A DNA stretch of 64,000 nt from Patescibacteria group bacterium (GCA_049322655.1 JBMORP010000006.1:384410-448409); one strand, 5' to 3'; shown: positions 31,201-40,716, numbered from the stretch's first letter. Numbers and translations are program-made. The notes: generated from the sequence alone by a model not told the origin.

Positions 31201-31685
31201 AGAGGTCTTAGTTCTGCTCGATAAAGGACTCTTCGAGAATTTGGATCTTCATCACCCAAAAAAGAAACACCTGGAGAACGAACTAATTGAGTAATAATGG
31301 CACGTTCAATCCCATTAATAATAAAAGTGCCCATGTCTGTCATCATGGGTAAATCACCTAAGAAAACTTCTTGAGTTTGTTCCTCACCTGTTTTCTTGTT
31401 AACTAAAGTTGCTTCTACATACAAGGGAGCATCATAAGAAACAGCTTTTTTCTTGGCTTGGGAAGGAGTGTATTTTGCTTGACCAAAACGGAAATTACCA
31501 AAGGAAAGAGCCCAGTTTTTACCAGTGAAATCTTCAATTCCCTTTTCACCATTCACTTCTAAAAGAGACTCTTTAATGCCTTCAGCGAGAAACCATTCAT
31601 AGTTATCTTTTTGGAGTTTAATCAGATCTAACTCTGGCAAAACTTTGTGTTGCTTTCCCCAATTAACACGAACCTGTTGTGACAT
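28242..31685 (-). CDS. rpoB: RNA polymerase beta subunit
   Basis: GDKLAGRHGNKG, GGQRLGEMEVWALE, PEGPNIGL. Confidence 0.99.
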   Translation of the reverse strand: MSQQVRVNWGKQHKVLPELDLIKLQKDNYEWFLAEGIKESLLEVNGEKGIEDFTGKNWALSFGNFRFGQAKYTPSQAKKKAVSYDAPLYVEATLVNKKTGEEQTQEVFLGDLPMMTDMGTFIINGIERAIITQLVRSPGVSFLGDEDPNSRRVLYRAELRPLRGSWLEVNVGRRDVMTVKIDRRRKMPVTVLLRALGYESDEQIRELFQDIVKKDEYSLLENTLQKDPTSNQAEALIEIYEKMRPGEPAVLETAKQYLTQLFFDARRYDLGEVGRYKINRRLKLSADEKTTVLTPEDIIETVRYLIQLQNGVGKVDDIDHLSNRRVRRVGELVQTSAFRIGLIRLERSIREKMSLTKTDETLTPAALVNARPLIATISEFFRRNRLSAILDQTNPLSEVDNLRRLSVMGSGGVTRERASFSMRDINASQYSRICPVRSPEGPNIGLVTYLALYTRVNDFGFLEAPYFKLDKKGDKVKVNYDEIVYLSADDEEDYKITHASIDIDDKGVIQDDWVSIRHMNQFTEGPITDVEYIDVVPRQVIGTSASLIPFIANDEANRALMGTHMQCQAVPLVKPQAPIVGTGMEKAVSTAMNHSVVAKFSGTVEYADANRVELKLDKANHKEAEVFFANKTSETVEYNKGVVTYHIVKFARTSQSTCYSQNVAVKAGQKVQPGDVIINGPSADEGELSLGTNLLIAYTSFDGLGYEDAIVISDRLVKDDSLTSIQINEYKAKVMDTRLGPEELTNDIPNVSEAYLSNLTMEGIIRVGSQVNSGDILVGKVAPKGETELSPEERLLRAIFGEKSKEVRDTSLRLPHGETGTVIDVQTLDRDLGDELDPGTLKEVVVKVAQIRKIRVGDKLAGRHGNKGVISKVVPVADMPHLEDGTAIDIIISPLSVLARMNLGQLLEAHLGWAAQKLGYRVAIPAFERIDESKIWTELERAGLPGSGKVQLYDGRTGEAFSEQTVVGIGYMLKLSHMVEDKTHARSTGPYSLVTQQPLGGKAQMGGQRLGEMEVWALEAHRAAHVLQEMLTIKSDDVRGRANAFEAMVKGDDIPAPSVPESFKVLMRELNSLALTVNPIDSEEEDDPEDQPAEPLSPEEMPDDPEELEEDGVSEDESEELADEDSEPTDLEETDEEEVTDEEGAAA

Positions 31686-31989
31686 AAAATAGTCCCTCTC
31701 TATTTACTTTGGTTGTTTATTTCTTGAGCCTGGATTATCTCAAGAAAATGTTTTCGTCTTAGCAGACAAAAACAGAGACCACTCTCTTCGAGTTGTCTCT
31801 TTAGCTAAAAAAACTTATACGATGTGATTGTTTGAGCCAATCATTCTGCAGAATAGGTATTTCTTTTTTTATTTGTTTGCGATACTCTTTTCAAAGAATC
31901 ACAAGATCTTTTTATTTTTGCAACTGTTTTTAAGATAGAAAAACGAAAAAACGACTTTCTATCTCAAAGCCCGTACGCAATAACTTGCT

Positions 31990-32018
31990 ATTTTAACAGA
32001 AGACTTTTAATTACGCAA
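31990..32018 (-). promoter_or_regulatory. Putative sigma70 promoter for rpoBC
   Basis: Minus strand TTGCGT-17 nt-TAAAAT with TG extension, about 300 nt upstream of the rpoB ATG. Confidence 0.55.
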
Positions 32019-33005
32019 GTATTTTTCCACGTTAGCGTTGTGCCCCTCCAAAGTAGTAGCAAAATGGATTTGGCCACTCAGGTCGTGCAGATAAAAAAGA
32101 GCTCCAGTATTAACTGGATTTAAAGTAGCTTTGATCGCATCTAAACCTGGATTGGCAATTGGTGCTGGTGGCAAACCAGGATACTTATAAGTATTAAAAA
32201 CCGAGTTTAGCTCTTTATCAGCTGCTGTAGGCGTAGGCCACCAAGTATCTTGAACCTGATCAAAACCCTTGATGTATTGTAAACTAGCATCAACTTGCAA
32301 AGCCATTCCGATCTCAAGTCTTTGCCATAATACTCCAGCTACTTTGGTCATTTGGTCATAACCTTTAGCCTCTCGTTCTACAATCGAGGCCATTGTTAAG
32401 ATTTCAGTTAAAGAATAATCACTCTGAGCTAAATCATCTTTTAAACCATTAATAATCTTCTTCTCGAAAGTCTGCTGTAATAATCTCACTAATTGCTCTG
32501 TGGAGATTTGTCTTGGCACCAAATAGGTATCTGGAAACAACCTGCCTTCTTGACCCTTGGTTAAACTCAAAAATTCTTCTTTAGAAAAACTCTCCAACTC
32601 TTGTTTAGCCAAACTGTCAGCAATTTCTTCTCGACGCCAGCCCTCGGGAATAGTCACCCATAAATCATAGGTCCCCTGAGTAAGTTTTTGGGCAACCTCT
32701 GCCGTAGTCATGCTTGGAGATAAATCAAAACTACCAGCTTGAATCTTTTGGGAAAGACCGTCTTTTTTGACAATAAATCTGAAAGCTAAAGCATTTTTAA
32801 TCAAGCCATTTTCTTTCAGTCTTTCACCAATTACTGATACAGCTTGACCCTTGGGAATCACAAAAACTTGAGTTTGAGTTAGTTGACTATTAACTGGGCT
32901 AACTAAAGTTAAAAAAACCATCCATAAAGAAATAACTACCAACCCCAAAAGTAATGGAATCAGAATCAAAAAACGTTTTTTAAAAATAAATTTTTTTTGC
33001 TTCAT
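32007..33005 (-). CDS. mltG: Endolytic transglycosylase MltG (YceG)
   Basis: N-terminal TM, TIPEG, EGRLFPDTY, ASIVERE, NTYKYPGLPP.PIANPG. Confidence 0.93.
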   Translation of the reverse strand: MKQKKFIFKKRFLILIPLLLGLVVISLWMVFLTLVSPVNSQLTQTQVFVIPKGQAVSVIGERLKENGLIKNALAFRFIVKKDGLSQKIQAGSFDLSPSMTTAEVAQKLTQGTYDLWVTIPEGWRREEIADSLAKQELESFSKEEFLSLTKGQEGRLFPDTYLVPRQISTEQLVRLLQQTFEKKIINGLKDDLAQSDYSLTEILTMASIVEREAKGYDQMTKVAGVLWQRLEIGMALQVDASLQYIKGFDQVQDTWWPTPTAADKELNSVFNTYKYPGLPPAPIANPGLDAIKATLNPVNTGALFYLHDLSGQIHFATTLEGHNANVEKYLRN

Positions 33006-33074
33006 ATGTTATTTAATTAAATTAGTAAGGAATCAGTGTAGCACATTGAACAGACGCTTGCTGAAAAATAGACG

Positions 33075-33458
33075 TTAAAATTGCTGCTGCTCCAACCAAT
33101 TTTCCAAAATAATCGCTGCCGCAAAATGATCGATCGGCCCAGAACGAACTTTATGTTTGATTCCCTGATTTTGAAGTCTCTGCTCAACTTCGCGAGAACT
33201 CAATGTCTCGTCTGCAAACTCAACTGGAATTTCTGTCTTAGCTTTAAGCTCCCTCACAAATTCTTCTGTTTTGAGTGCCATCTCGTTTTCTGACAAACCT
33301 ACAATAATTTTTTGGGTTTCTTCTTGCTCAATAATCTTTAACAACTCTTCAAAAAGATTATCTTCATTAGCTAAAACTACTAATGGCACAGCCAAAGTTC
33401 CTCTAGAAACAGCCACACCTACTCTTTTAGTACCAAAATCAATTGCTAGATATGACAT
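33075..33458 (-). CDS. yqgF: YqgF/RuvX family nuclease
   Basis: LAIDFGTKRVGVAVS, IIVGL, DETLSS, D..AAAIIL. Confidence 0.92.
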   Translation of the reverse strand: MSYLAIDFGTKRVGVAVSRGTLAVPLVVLANEDNLFEELLKIIEQEETQKIIVGLSENEMALKTEEFVRELKAKTEIPVEFADETLSSREVEQRLQNQGIKHKVRSGPIDHFAAAIILENWLEQQQF

Positions 33459-34429
33459 TATTTGTCCTTTACTAGTTGTGCTGTAATTACTCCTCGTCTC
33501 AAATAAGTCCCCTCTGGAGTACAAGTTACCAGCTTTAATTGTCTAGTGTCATAACGCTGAGATAAAATATAAGTATCTGTAGGCTTAACTTCGGTTTTGC
33601 TTACCACTACATACGTATACTTAACTCCTTCTATAGTGACATAAATTTTGTCACCTTTTTCTAAAGTCATAATGTAACTAAAAATCGAGGTGTAACGCTT
33701 GGGATTAACTTCTTTTGGATTATAAAATTGCCGTAATACTGAATGGCCAAAAATCACTGGTGCACCAGCCTGACCTGGCAAGGCTGTACCAGGATACTGA
33801 ATCAAGCTTTTATTAAGGTCACTCCCACCTACGGCCACTAGCGCGTTAGCAACATTTACTTTGGGAATATCTAAAATATAAGAAGTTGGTTGGTTAGCTT
33901 CGCTTTCTTGAACAAACTCAGGTAAATTTTCTCCTTCAAACCAATTATTTAAGTTAGTGTAATCCAAGACAGAATCTAAAATTACTGGCTCATCATTATC
34001 TACTGCCACCCCAAAATCTTCTGCAACTAACCCCTGTGAGTCAGCTAAAGTAATTGGTGTTGAGTCTAAAATTTGATCAGGAGGAACAGGAGCTTTTAAG
34101 TTAATGGTGCTTCTGGAAAGATCATCAACATAGTAAGCCAAAATTGGATAAGTAGCACTACCAACCAAACTAATTCCTACCAACAACAAAACTGTCGGTA
34201 AAATTGCTGCCCCCATCCTAATTATTTTGGGAATTTTTTTCCTAAAGTTTTTCTTTTCGTACTCAACTTCTTTAGTCTCTTTCTTTTCAGCAACGGTTAA
34301 TCTTTTTGCTAATTTTTCAATTTTTTTTTCGATTTTAGCTAAAGAAACACCTTCTTTAATCGCTTCACGATAAACCTTAACCAAGTCCTGACGTTGGTTG
34401 TTAGATAGCGAAGAAGCGTGTTTACTCAC
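33458..34429 (-). CDS. Sortase family transpeptidase
   Basis: TM helix, IFGHS (His), LVTC (Cys), downstream RR (Arg); GTG start at 34429 is tentative. Confidence 0.88.
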   Translation of the reverse strand: MSKHASSLSNNQRQDLVKVYREAIKEGVSLAKIEKKIEKLAKRLTVAEKKETKEVEYEKKNFRKKIPKIIRMGAAILPTVLLLVGISLVGSATYPILAYYVDDLSRSTINLKAPVPPDQILDSTPITLADSQGLVAEDFGVAVDNDEPVILDSVLDYTNLNNWFEGENLPEFVQESEANQPTSYILDIPKVNVANALVAVGGSDLNKSLIQYPGTALPGQAGAPVIFGHSVLRQFYNPKEVNPKRYTSIFSYIMTLEKGDKIYVTIEGVKYTYVVVSKTEVKPTDTYILSQRYDTRQLKLVTCTPEGTYLRRGVITAQLVKDK

Positions 34430-36680
34430 TAGTTTTTTCCTGAATATTAATATTAATTCTATGATCTGCTTTAGGAACAGTAGAAACAAACATCTTTGCT
34501 AAAGAAGGTTTAACCGAATAACTAGCTGCCCTAATTTCTGGTCTTTCAGTTGCTTTACCACTAACCGCTTCTAGAGGCAAACCTCGTAAAGCAGAAATTA
34601 GGTTATTTGGATCAAATTTTGGGAGAGCCCTAGCACTGACATTTGCTTCCAAGATTATCTGTGAACTGCTGGTAGCCTCTTCTCTGGGTGCCGTTAGGAT
34701 CTCTGGGTCATCATCAGTAAACTCATATCCAGCCGGTAAATCAGCTTTCAAAATCTCTACAGCCAATGGTTTAATATCCTCAGAAGAATACCGCACTGCT
34801 TCAAACTCCATCGTTAACTCTAAAGCCAGTTGGTCAGCTTCTTCGCCTAACTCTCCTCCATAATCAGCTTCAATCACTACCTGTTTGCCAGAAAGAACAT
34901 AATAAACACCATCTCCAGATTTATTAGCATAATCTTCCTGAGCTTTTTTAAATAACTCTTTCTTTAAATCATTTAGCACCAAAGTCTTATCTTCTTGAGA
35001 AATTACTCTTACTTCTCTACTAGAACCACCAGTAAAAGACTCCTTAACCAAGGCAGAATAAGTTCCTTGGTCATAATTAGCTACAGTTAACTCTCTCTCC
35101 ACAGCCAAGTTACTTTCAGCACCAATTTTAGCAGCAGTTACTTGAGTATCAAGTTTGCCGTAATCCTTAGTTTCACTTGTCCCTGATTGGGTCACTTCAG
35201 CTGAAGCAACCGTAACTTCTTCATCCAAAGTAAAGTTTAGAGAACCAGAAGAAAAAACCGTTCCAGCAGTAAAAGTTTTTGGCGAAGTAGTTTTATTTAA
35301 AATCGTAATTTTGCCTTTGGCTTTTTCACCAACCAATTTAACTCCGGTAGTATCAGTTACTTTAGTCCCGTTATACTCTTCTACTTCCAACTCACCCCTT
35401 AAAGTTAAGTTTTCAACATTAGAAGTAGCCACCGTAGTATCAACCTTTAACTCAACTTCTTTGGCTATCACTCTTTCTGCTAATTCTACCGAAACTTCCA
35501 CTTTATAAGTAAAAACCAGACCACCAACTAATAAGGCAATTGAGGCCAAAAAACCACTCACCGCCCCTCCCAAAATTATCTTTTTATGAGGATGGTGATG
35601 ATACCAATGCAACAGTTTGTTCATTGGGCCAGACTTTCTATTAGTAAATTTTGTTGCCGTTTGGTTATTAGTTGAAACAAGTGGTTTTTTAACTAAATGA
35701 TTATCTCTTTCTTTTGGCAGCTCTTCTTGAGAAATTGGAATCCCAAAACTAGTTGCTTCTGCCTTTTGTTCAGAGGAACCAACTGAGGTAAAATTATCGC
35801 CAGCTAAATCAGTGTCAACATCAGAAAAACCAAAATCAACTGAGTCTGATGAGTCGACTTTCCCTTTTTCTAAAATTGATTCATCAACACCGTCAAGCTT
35901 TAAACCTCTGCTTTCAGCTACAGCCAAACCTCCTTGTTTAATCACTATCTCCAAAACTCGGTCAGCCATGATTTTTTCAATCAAAGGACTCTGTACAAAG
36001 GGGTGGTTATCTGCCCAATCATAATTAATGATTTTAGTTCTGATGTCTTGAAGGTCTAGATCAGTTAACACTAATGAAGCCAAAACCATTTTGGCTGGTA
36101 AGTAACTACCATCATCGGTTTTATCTTTATCAAATCTAGCTAGTCCCTCGACAATATCAGCTACCACATCATCAGATCGCCCCACCGAAATCTGCTGAGC
36201 TACTTTGCCTTTTTTCAACAAAATCAAAGATAAAGCAGCTTCCTGAATATAAATCAAGATTTGAGAAACAGTTTTTTCTCTAAAAAAAATATCTTGAATA
36301 ATCGCATCAGTCAGAACTACAAAGCCAACTGGTTTTAAAGATAAATTTTCTGTCAGTTTTTTGATAAAAGGACGTTTTTCTTTAACTAAACCATTATCAT
36401 TAACCCATTTGGGATCAAAACCAAACACCACTTCACTAACAGCTTCAGACTCCTTACCTAACTCTTTCAAAGCATCATCAGTGGCAATAATTGCCTCATC
36501 ATCATTGGTAAAAGTATAAAAAGCTGATTGCTGTTTAATCACCACTTGATTACCATCAACTTGCCAAAAAGCAGCTCTAACTCCATTTTCTGAAAAAACT
36601 AAACCTAAAAAAGCGTCTACAACCACTTCAGTCGCTGATGACTTTGATTTTTTGCTAATAAAGGGCAGATTTAATGACAT
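34422..36680 (-). CDS. Bitopic membrane protein with a baseplate-J-like C-terminal region
   Basis: Central TM; KAKGKITILN, F.LDEEVTV, VTAAKIGAESN, FTGG resemble baseplate J-like proteins of CPR/Chloroflexi; N-terminal domain unassigned. Confidence 0.6.
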   Translation of the reverse strand: MSLNLPFISKKSKSSATEVVVDAFLGLVFSENGVRAAFWQVDGNQVVIKQQSAFYTFTNDDEAIIATDDALKELGKESEAVSEVVFGFDPKWVNDNGLVKEKRPFIKKLTENLSLKPVGFVVLTDAIIQDIFFREKTVSQILIYIQEAALSLILLKKGKVAQQISVGRSDDVVADIVEGLARFDKDKTDDGSYLPAKMVLASLVLTDLDLQDIRTKIINYDWADNHPFVQSPLIEKIMADRVLEIVIKQGGLAVAESRGLKLDGVDESILEKGKVDSSDSVDFGFSDVDTDLAGDNFTSVGSSEQKAEATSFGIPISQEELPKERDNHLVKKPLVSTNNQTATKFTNRKSGPMNKLLHWYHHHPHKKIILGGAVSGFLASIALLVGGLVFTYKVEVSVELAERVIAKEVELKVDTTVATSNVENLTLRGELEVEEYNGTKVTDTTGVKLVGEKAKGKITILNKTTSPKTFTAGTVFSSGSLNFTLDEEVTVASAEVTQSGTSETKDYGKLDTQVTAAKIGAESNLAVERELTVANYDQGTYSALVKESFTGGSSREVRVISQEDKTLVLNDLKKELFKKAQEDYANKSGDGVYYVLSGKQVVIEADYGGELGEEADQLALELTMEFEAVRYSSEDIKPLAVEILKADLPAGYEFTDDDPEILTAPREEATSSSQIILEANVSARALPKFDPNNLISALRGLPLEAVSGKATERPEIRAASYSVKPSLAKMFVSTVPKADHRININIQEKTSE

Positions 36681-36765
36681 AAATTTTTTTGAATACCACA
36701 ACCAAAACGCCTCTAGCGTCTATACTCCATTTAAGCAAAGTTCTTGGGATAATAAAAGAGGGGTT

Positions 36766-38637
36766 TTACTTCTTTAACCTAGCGTAAACTCTTCTCACTC
36801 CGGCTGCAGCTGATTTTTCTTTGAAAATCTCGATTGCTCCAATTTTTCCAGTTTGAGTGACATGGGGACCACCACAAAACTCTTTAGAAATAGTTTGACT
36901 GTCATCACCAATTTGATAAACACTTACTTCGTCTGGATATTTCTCAACAAAAAAAGCTAAGGCTCCATCTGCCAAAGCGGCCTGTTTCTCCATCATTTTT
37001 TTGCTAACTGGCAAGTCAGCCTTAATCCAAGCATTGACCTGATCTTCAATTTGTTGCAGTGCCTCTTTGGTTAAAGCTTGATCATAGGTAAAATCAAAAC
37101 GTAAACGCTGAGCATTAATATTAGAACCTTTTTGACTAACCATCGTTCCCAGTATTTTTCTCAAAGCAGCATGAATTAGGTGTGTGGCAGTGTGAAACTT
37201 AACTGTTATTTCAGAATGATCTTGCAAACCACCTTTGAACTTACCAGCCGAAGCCGTTCGAGATTTATCAGCATGTTGGTGTTTTACTTGCTGAAACTTT
37301 GCTGCAAAATTATCTTCAATTTTTAAAACTCTTGACTCTGCTTCTTCTAAAGATAGTTCTAACGGAAAACCATAGGTTTCATAGAGAGTAAAAGCTAATT
37401 CAGCCGTTAGTTTTTTACTAACTTGAGTAGATTTATCAAACTCTTTCAATCCTTTATCTAAAGTACGCAAAAATTTTTGCTCTTCCTGACTTACCACCTG
37501 TTTAATTTTATCTTGTTGATCAGCAACTTGAGGATAAGCCTGATAATAAATCTCAACTACTCCAGAAACTAACTCCGCCAAAAACTGTTGCTTAATCCCC
37601 AATTTCATTCCATAACGAACTGCTCTTCTCAATAAACGACGAACAAAATAACCTTGGTCTTTATTACCAGGGAAAACTCCATCTGCGATCAACATCACCA
37701 CTGCTCTCATATGATCAGCAATTACTCGAAAGGCCACTGCCTCGGTTTCATATTTTTTATTAGCTAAATTTTCTAACCTATTTACCACAGGTGAAAATAA
37801 ATCAGTCTTAAAAACATCTGGATCACCATTCACGGCAGCCAAACTTCTTTCCAAACCACCACCAAAATCAATGTTTTTCTGAGGCAGTGGCTCAAATCCC
37901 TGATCTGTCTTGAGATACTGCATAAACACTGAGTTACCAATCTCCAGAAACCGACCGCAATCACAATTCACATGGCAAGGTTGGTTTTCCCACTCAGATT
38001 TTTCATGTAAACCCAGTTCTTCACCAAAATCATAAAAAACTTCACTGTCTGGGCCACCAGGTTCACCGACCGGCATGTTTTCTGGAGCACCAGCTCTAGA
38101 CCACCAGTTATTGTTGCCATAGGGAAAAATCCTACCATGACTAAGGCCAACTTGGTCAGCTTGATCTACCACTTGAGCATCGATCTTATGCTGAGCAAAT
38201 AATTCCTGCCAGATTTTAATGGCCTCTTCGTCTTTGGGGATTCCTAGCTCGTCATTACCTTGGTAAACAGTTACATAAAGCCGTTCCGGGTCTAAAGACA
38301 TTTCTTCGGTAAGAAACTTGAAATACCAGTTCAATTGTTCTTTTTTAAAATAATCACCCAGAGACCAATTGCCCAACATCTCAAAAAAAGTGGTATGACG
38401 ATTGTCACCAACTTCTTCAATATCTTGGGATCTAAAACATTTTTGTGAATCAGCAATCCGAGTCCCTTTGGGATGCTTATCGCCCAAAAGATAATTAATC
38501 ATTGGTTGCATTCCAGAACCAGTAAAGAGAGTGGTTGGATCGTTTTCTGGTACCAATGGAGAAGATGGCACAACCACATGCCCATTTTTTTTACAAAAAT
38601 CTAAATATTTTTGACGTAATTCTGCAGCTTTCAACAT
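36766..38637 (-). CDS. alaS: Alanine--tRNA ligase (short form)
   Basis: DPTTLFT, HTTFFEMLGNWS.GDYFK, editing motifs HTATH and FCGGPH, GVRR. Confidence 0.96.
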   Translation of the reverse strand: MLKAAELRQKYLDFCKKNGHVVVPSSPLVPENDPTTLFTGSGMQPMINYLLGDKHPKGTRIADSQKCFRSQDIEEVGDNRHTTFFEMLGNWSLGDYFKKEQLNWYFKFLTEEMSLDPERLYVTVYQGNDELGIPKDEEAIKIWQELFAQHKIDAQVVDQADQVGLSHGRIFPYGNNNWWSRAGAPENMPVGEPGGPDSEVFYDFGEELGLHEKSEWENQPCHVNCDCGRFLEIGNSVFMQYLKTDQGFEPLPQKNIDFGGGLERSLAAVNGDPDVFKTDLFSPVVNRLENLANKKYETEAVAFRVIADHMRAVVMLIADGVFPGNKDQGYFVRRLLRRAVRYGMKLGIKQQFLAELVSGVVEIYYQAYPQVADQQDKIKQVVSQEEQKFLRTLDKGLKEFDKSTQVSKKLTAELAFTLYETYGFPLELSLEEAESRVLKIEDNFAAKFQQVKHQHADKSRTASAGKFKGGLQDHSEITVKFHTATHLIHAALRKILGTMVSQKGSNINAQRLRFDFTYDQALTKEALQQIEDQVNAWIKADLPVSKKMMEKQAALADGALAFFVEKYPDEVSVYQIGDDSQTISKEFCGGPHVTQTGKIGAIEIFKEKSAAAGVRRVYARLKK

Positions 38638-38709
38638 GATGTAAAGATTATACCAGGAGAATTAAATTTTTAGCGAAATAAGAACTAGTTGTTTTATACT
38701 AGCAAGCTA

Positions 38710-39045
38710 TTAAACTCCTTTAAAAAGATTTTGTTTCTTTTGCGCTCTGGTAATTGAAACAGCTTTTGTTTTGGCTGCCTTATCTAGTTTTAGAGACTCA
38801 ATGTCACCTACAGCCTGATTTAAAATATCCTTAAATAACATCCATAAATCTTGTTCAGCATTCTCAATAGTCCCTTCCGCTAATAAATCCTTGACCGCCT
38901 CTTGCCAATGATCTTTAAGTTCTTGCCGCAACTTACCACCTTCATCAGTGCCAAACAAATACATCCCAATAGCACCGGCAGCTAAACCGACGCCAAACCC
39001 AGTCATAAAAGTTTGCTCAGAAAAATTATTTTTTCTTTGTGTCAT
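38710..39045 (-). CDS. YtxH-like protein
   Basis: F..GF.VG.AAGA....LF....G.KLR.ELK pattern. Confidence 0.55.
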   Translation of the reverse strand: MTQRKNNFSEQTFMTGFGVGLAAGAIGMYLFGTDEGGKLRQELKDHWQEAVKDLLAEGTIENAEQDLWMLFKDILNQAVGDIESLKLDKAAKTKAVSITRAQKKQNLFKGV

Positions 39046-39307
39046 TTTTTCTCTTTGCTAACCAGCTGGTGAAAGACTCAAAAACCTTCACCCCAGTTTG
39101 CAGGCCACTAGCCAAGCCACCTAAGTTTTGCAAAGGAGCAACCAAAGCATTAATCTTGGCTTCAGCTTGATCAATGGTGGTATTAACCTTATGTAAAGTT
39201 TTTTTTACTTCAGTCAACACAAGAAAAATTTGGATCCCAACTACCGATAAAATAATCGTTAACAGAATAGCCACCACACTTAAAACTGTTGGAAGAATTG
39301 TTTCCAT
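39026..39307 (-). CDS. Small membrane coiled-coil protein (YoxC/DUF948-like)
   Basis: N-terminal TM then L.EVKKTL.KVN..ID; adjacent to the YtxH-like gene. Confidence 0.5.
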   Translation of the reverse strand: METILPTVLSVVAILLTIILSVVGIQIFLVLTEVKKTLHKVNTTIDQAEAKINALVAPLQNLGGLASGLQTGVKVFESFTSWLAKRKNDTKKK

Positions 39308-39393
39308 AAACACAACCTTTCTTGATTGTTAAGACTTGTTTATCTTAACATAAAAAACCCTCTCAACCTAACCTGAGGCAAAAATTTGTTAAT

Positions 39394-40041
39394 TTAAAAA
39401 CGAACAAAAACGGTCCGTTGCTCGGTATTTTTCTTTTCCTGACGATCAATCGCTTCAATCGTAATAGTTGACATCCCTTCATTGGGCAAAGTGAGATTTG
39501 TTTCAAAAAAACCATCAGCCCTAACTGGCACAGGTTGAGCATTAATCAATAACCTTGTTTCTGGTTCGGTCACCCCTTGAACTGTAACTTGAGGAGACAC
39601 CACTTCATTTTCTGCTGGTGAGTTGATCGTAATCTTGGGTGGAGAAATAAATGAATACCATCTAATCGCAATATAAGTAAATAAAATTAAAAAAACACCT
39701 ACCCCGCCCAAAAGGGTAAATCTCACTGAAGACCAAGAACCAGACTTAAGAACTGGTTTGAGAAATTCGTGAGGAATTAGCTGACCTTTGGCACTTTCTT
39801 TAAAGTCACGCCGTAACAAAGCTAACATTGGTTCCGGATCAAAGTTTAAAATTCTGGCGTAAGCTTTAATATAGCCTTTGACAAACACCGCGGCTGGCAA
39901 ATCTTCAAAACGGTTTTCTTCTAAGGCATGAATAAAGCCCTCTTTAACTCTAATTTCTTGAGCCAATTGAGTACGAGAAATTCGTCGCTTTTCTCGTTCC
40001 ATCTTGAGTAACTCACCCACTGTTTTGGTCTGCTGAATCAT
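39394..40041 (-). CDS. RodZ-like HTH membrane protein with C-terminal Ig-like domain
   Basis: VGELLK.ERE, ALEE..F..LP..VFVKGYIKAYA, TM, beta-rich tail. Confidence 0.75.
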   Translation of the reverse strand: MIQQTKTVGELLKMEREKRRISRTQLAQEIRVKEGFIHALEENRFEDLPAAVFVKGYIKAYARILNFDPEPMLALLRRDFKESAKGQLIPHEFLKPVLKSGSWSSVRFTLLGGVGVFLILFTYIAIRWYSFISPPKITINSPAENEVVSPQVTVQGVTEPETRLLINAQPVPVRADGFFETNLTLPNEGMSTITIEAIDRQEKKNTEQRTVFVRF

Positions 40042-40059
40042 AAGACCTCTTATTTAAAA

Positions 40060-40494
40060 TCAAGCTAATAATTCTTTAACTAATCTGGCCACCAGCCCAC
40101 CATCGGCTTTGCCGGCTACTTTTTTCATGACCATACCTGTCACAGGACCTGGTTTGGCATCGTCACCAGCGCTAGCTACCACTTCTGCCACCACTTTTCT
40201 GACTTCTTCTTCAGACATTTGCGCTGGTAAAAACTTTTCTAAAACCTTGAGCTTTTGTTGGGCCTCAACCACCAAATCTTCTCTGCCACCAGCTTTATAA
40301 TCATTAATGGCATCTTTCCATTGCTTGATCATTCTGGCGACAATTTTTTGTACTCCAGCATCATCCTGTTCACCATTGTCGATCTCAAAGTTTTTAATTT
40401 CTGAGCGTAATAATCTAATCGTCCCCAAGGTTTCGGCATCTTTGGCTCTCATTGCCTCTTTCATCTGTTGCATTAAATCATCTTTTAAAGACAT
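40060..40494 (-). CDS. GatB/YqeY domain protein
   Basis: MKEAMRAKD, Y.AGGREDL, FLPAQMSEEE, GKADG. Confidence 0.9.
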   Translation of the reverse strand: MSLKDDLMQQMKEAMRAKDAETLGTIRLLRSEIKNFEIDNGEQDDAGVQKIVARMIKQWKDAINDYKAGGREDLVVEAQQKLKVLEKFLPAQMSEEEVRKVVAEVVASAGDDAKPGPVTGMVMKKVAGKADGGLVARLVKELLA

Positions 40495-40568
40495 ACGTCC
40501 TTTCTAAATATTGTTAGTCGATTAACAACCATTATACCCTGACAAACTTAACTTTTAGGAGTCAGCGA

Positions 40569-40596
40569 TTCACTTTGGTCAGTTGTGCTTTATAAT
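40569..40596 (+). promoter_or_regulatory. Putative promoter for tRNA-Val
   Basis: TTCACT-16 nt-TATAAT, 11 nt upstream of the tRNA. Confidence 0.5.
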
Positions 40597-40607
40597 ACTG
40601 GGCATCA

Positions 40608-40681
40608 GGCCAATTAGCTCAGTTGGTTAGAGCGCACGATTCACATTCGTGAGGTCACTGGTTCGAGTCCAGTATTGGCCA
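40608..40681 (+). tRNA. tRNA-Val (anticodon CAC); CCA not encoded
   Basis: Acceptor GGCCAAT/ATTGGCC, D arm GCTC/GAGC, anticodon arm CACGA-TTCACAT-TCGTG, T arm ACTGG-TTCGAGT-CCAGT. Confidence 0.93.
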
Positions 40682-40716
40682 CAATTAAGTCACAAATTTT
40701 TTTTATTATTAACTTT

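Noticed and set aside
31981-31993. Minus-strand AAATAGCAAGTTA matches part of the SpCas9 sgRNA/tracrRNA scaffold
   Set aside because: Only 13 AT-rich nt, overlaps the predicted rpoB -10 region, and there are no cas genes or CRISPR repeats in the window
34422-36680. Prophage or contractile injection system implied by the baseplate-like gene
   Set aside because: No other structural phage or CIS genes nearby; the protein is membrane-anchored within a housekeeping block
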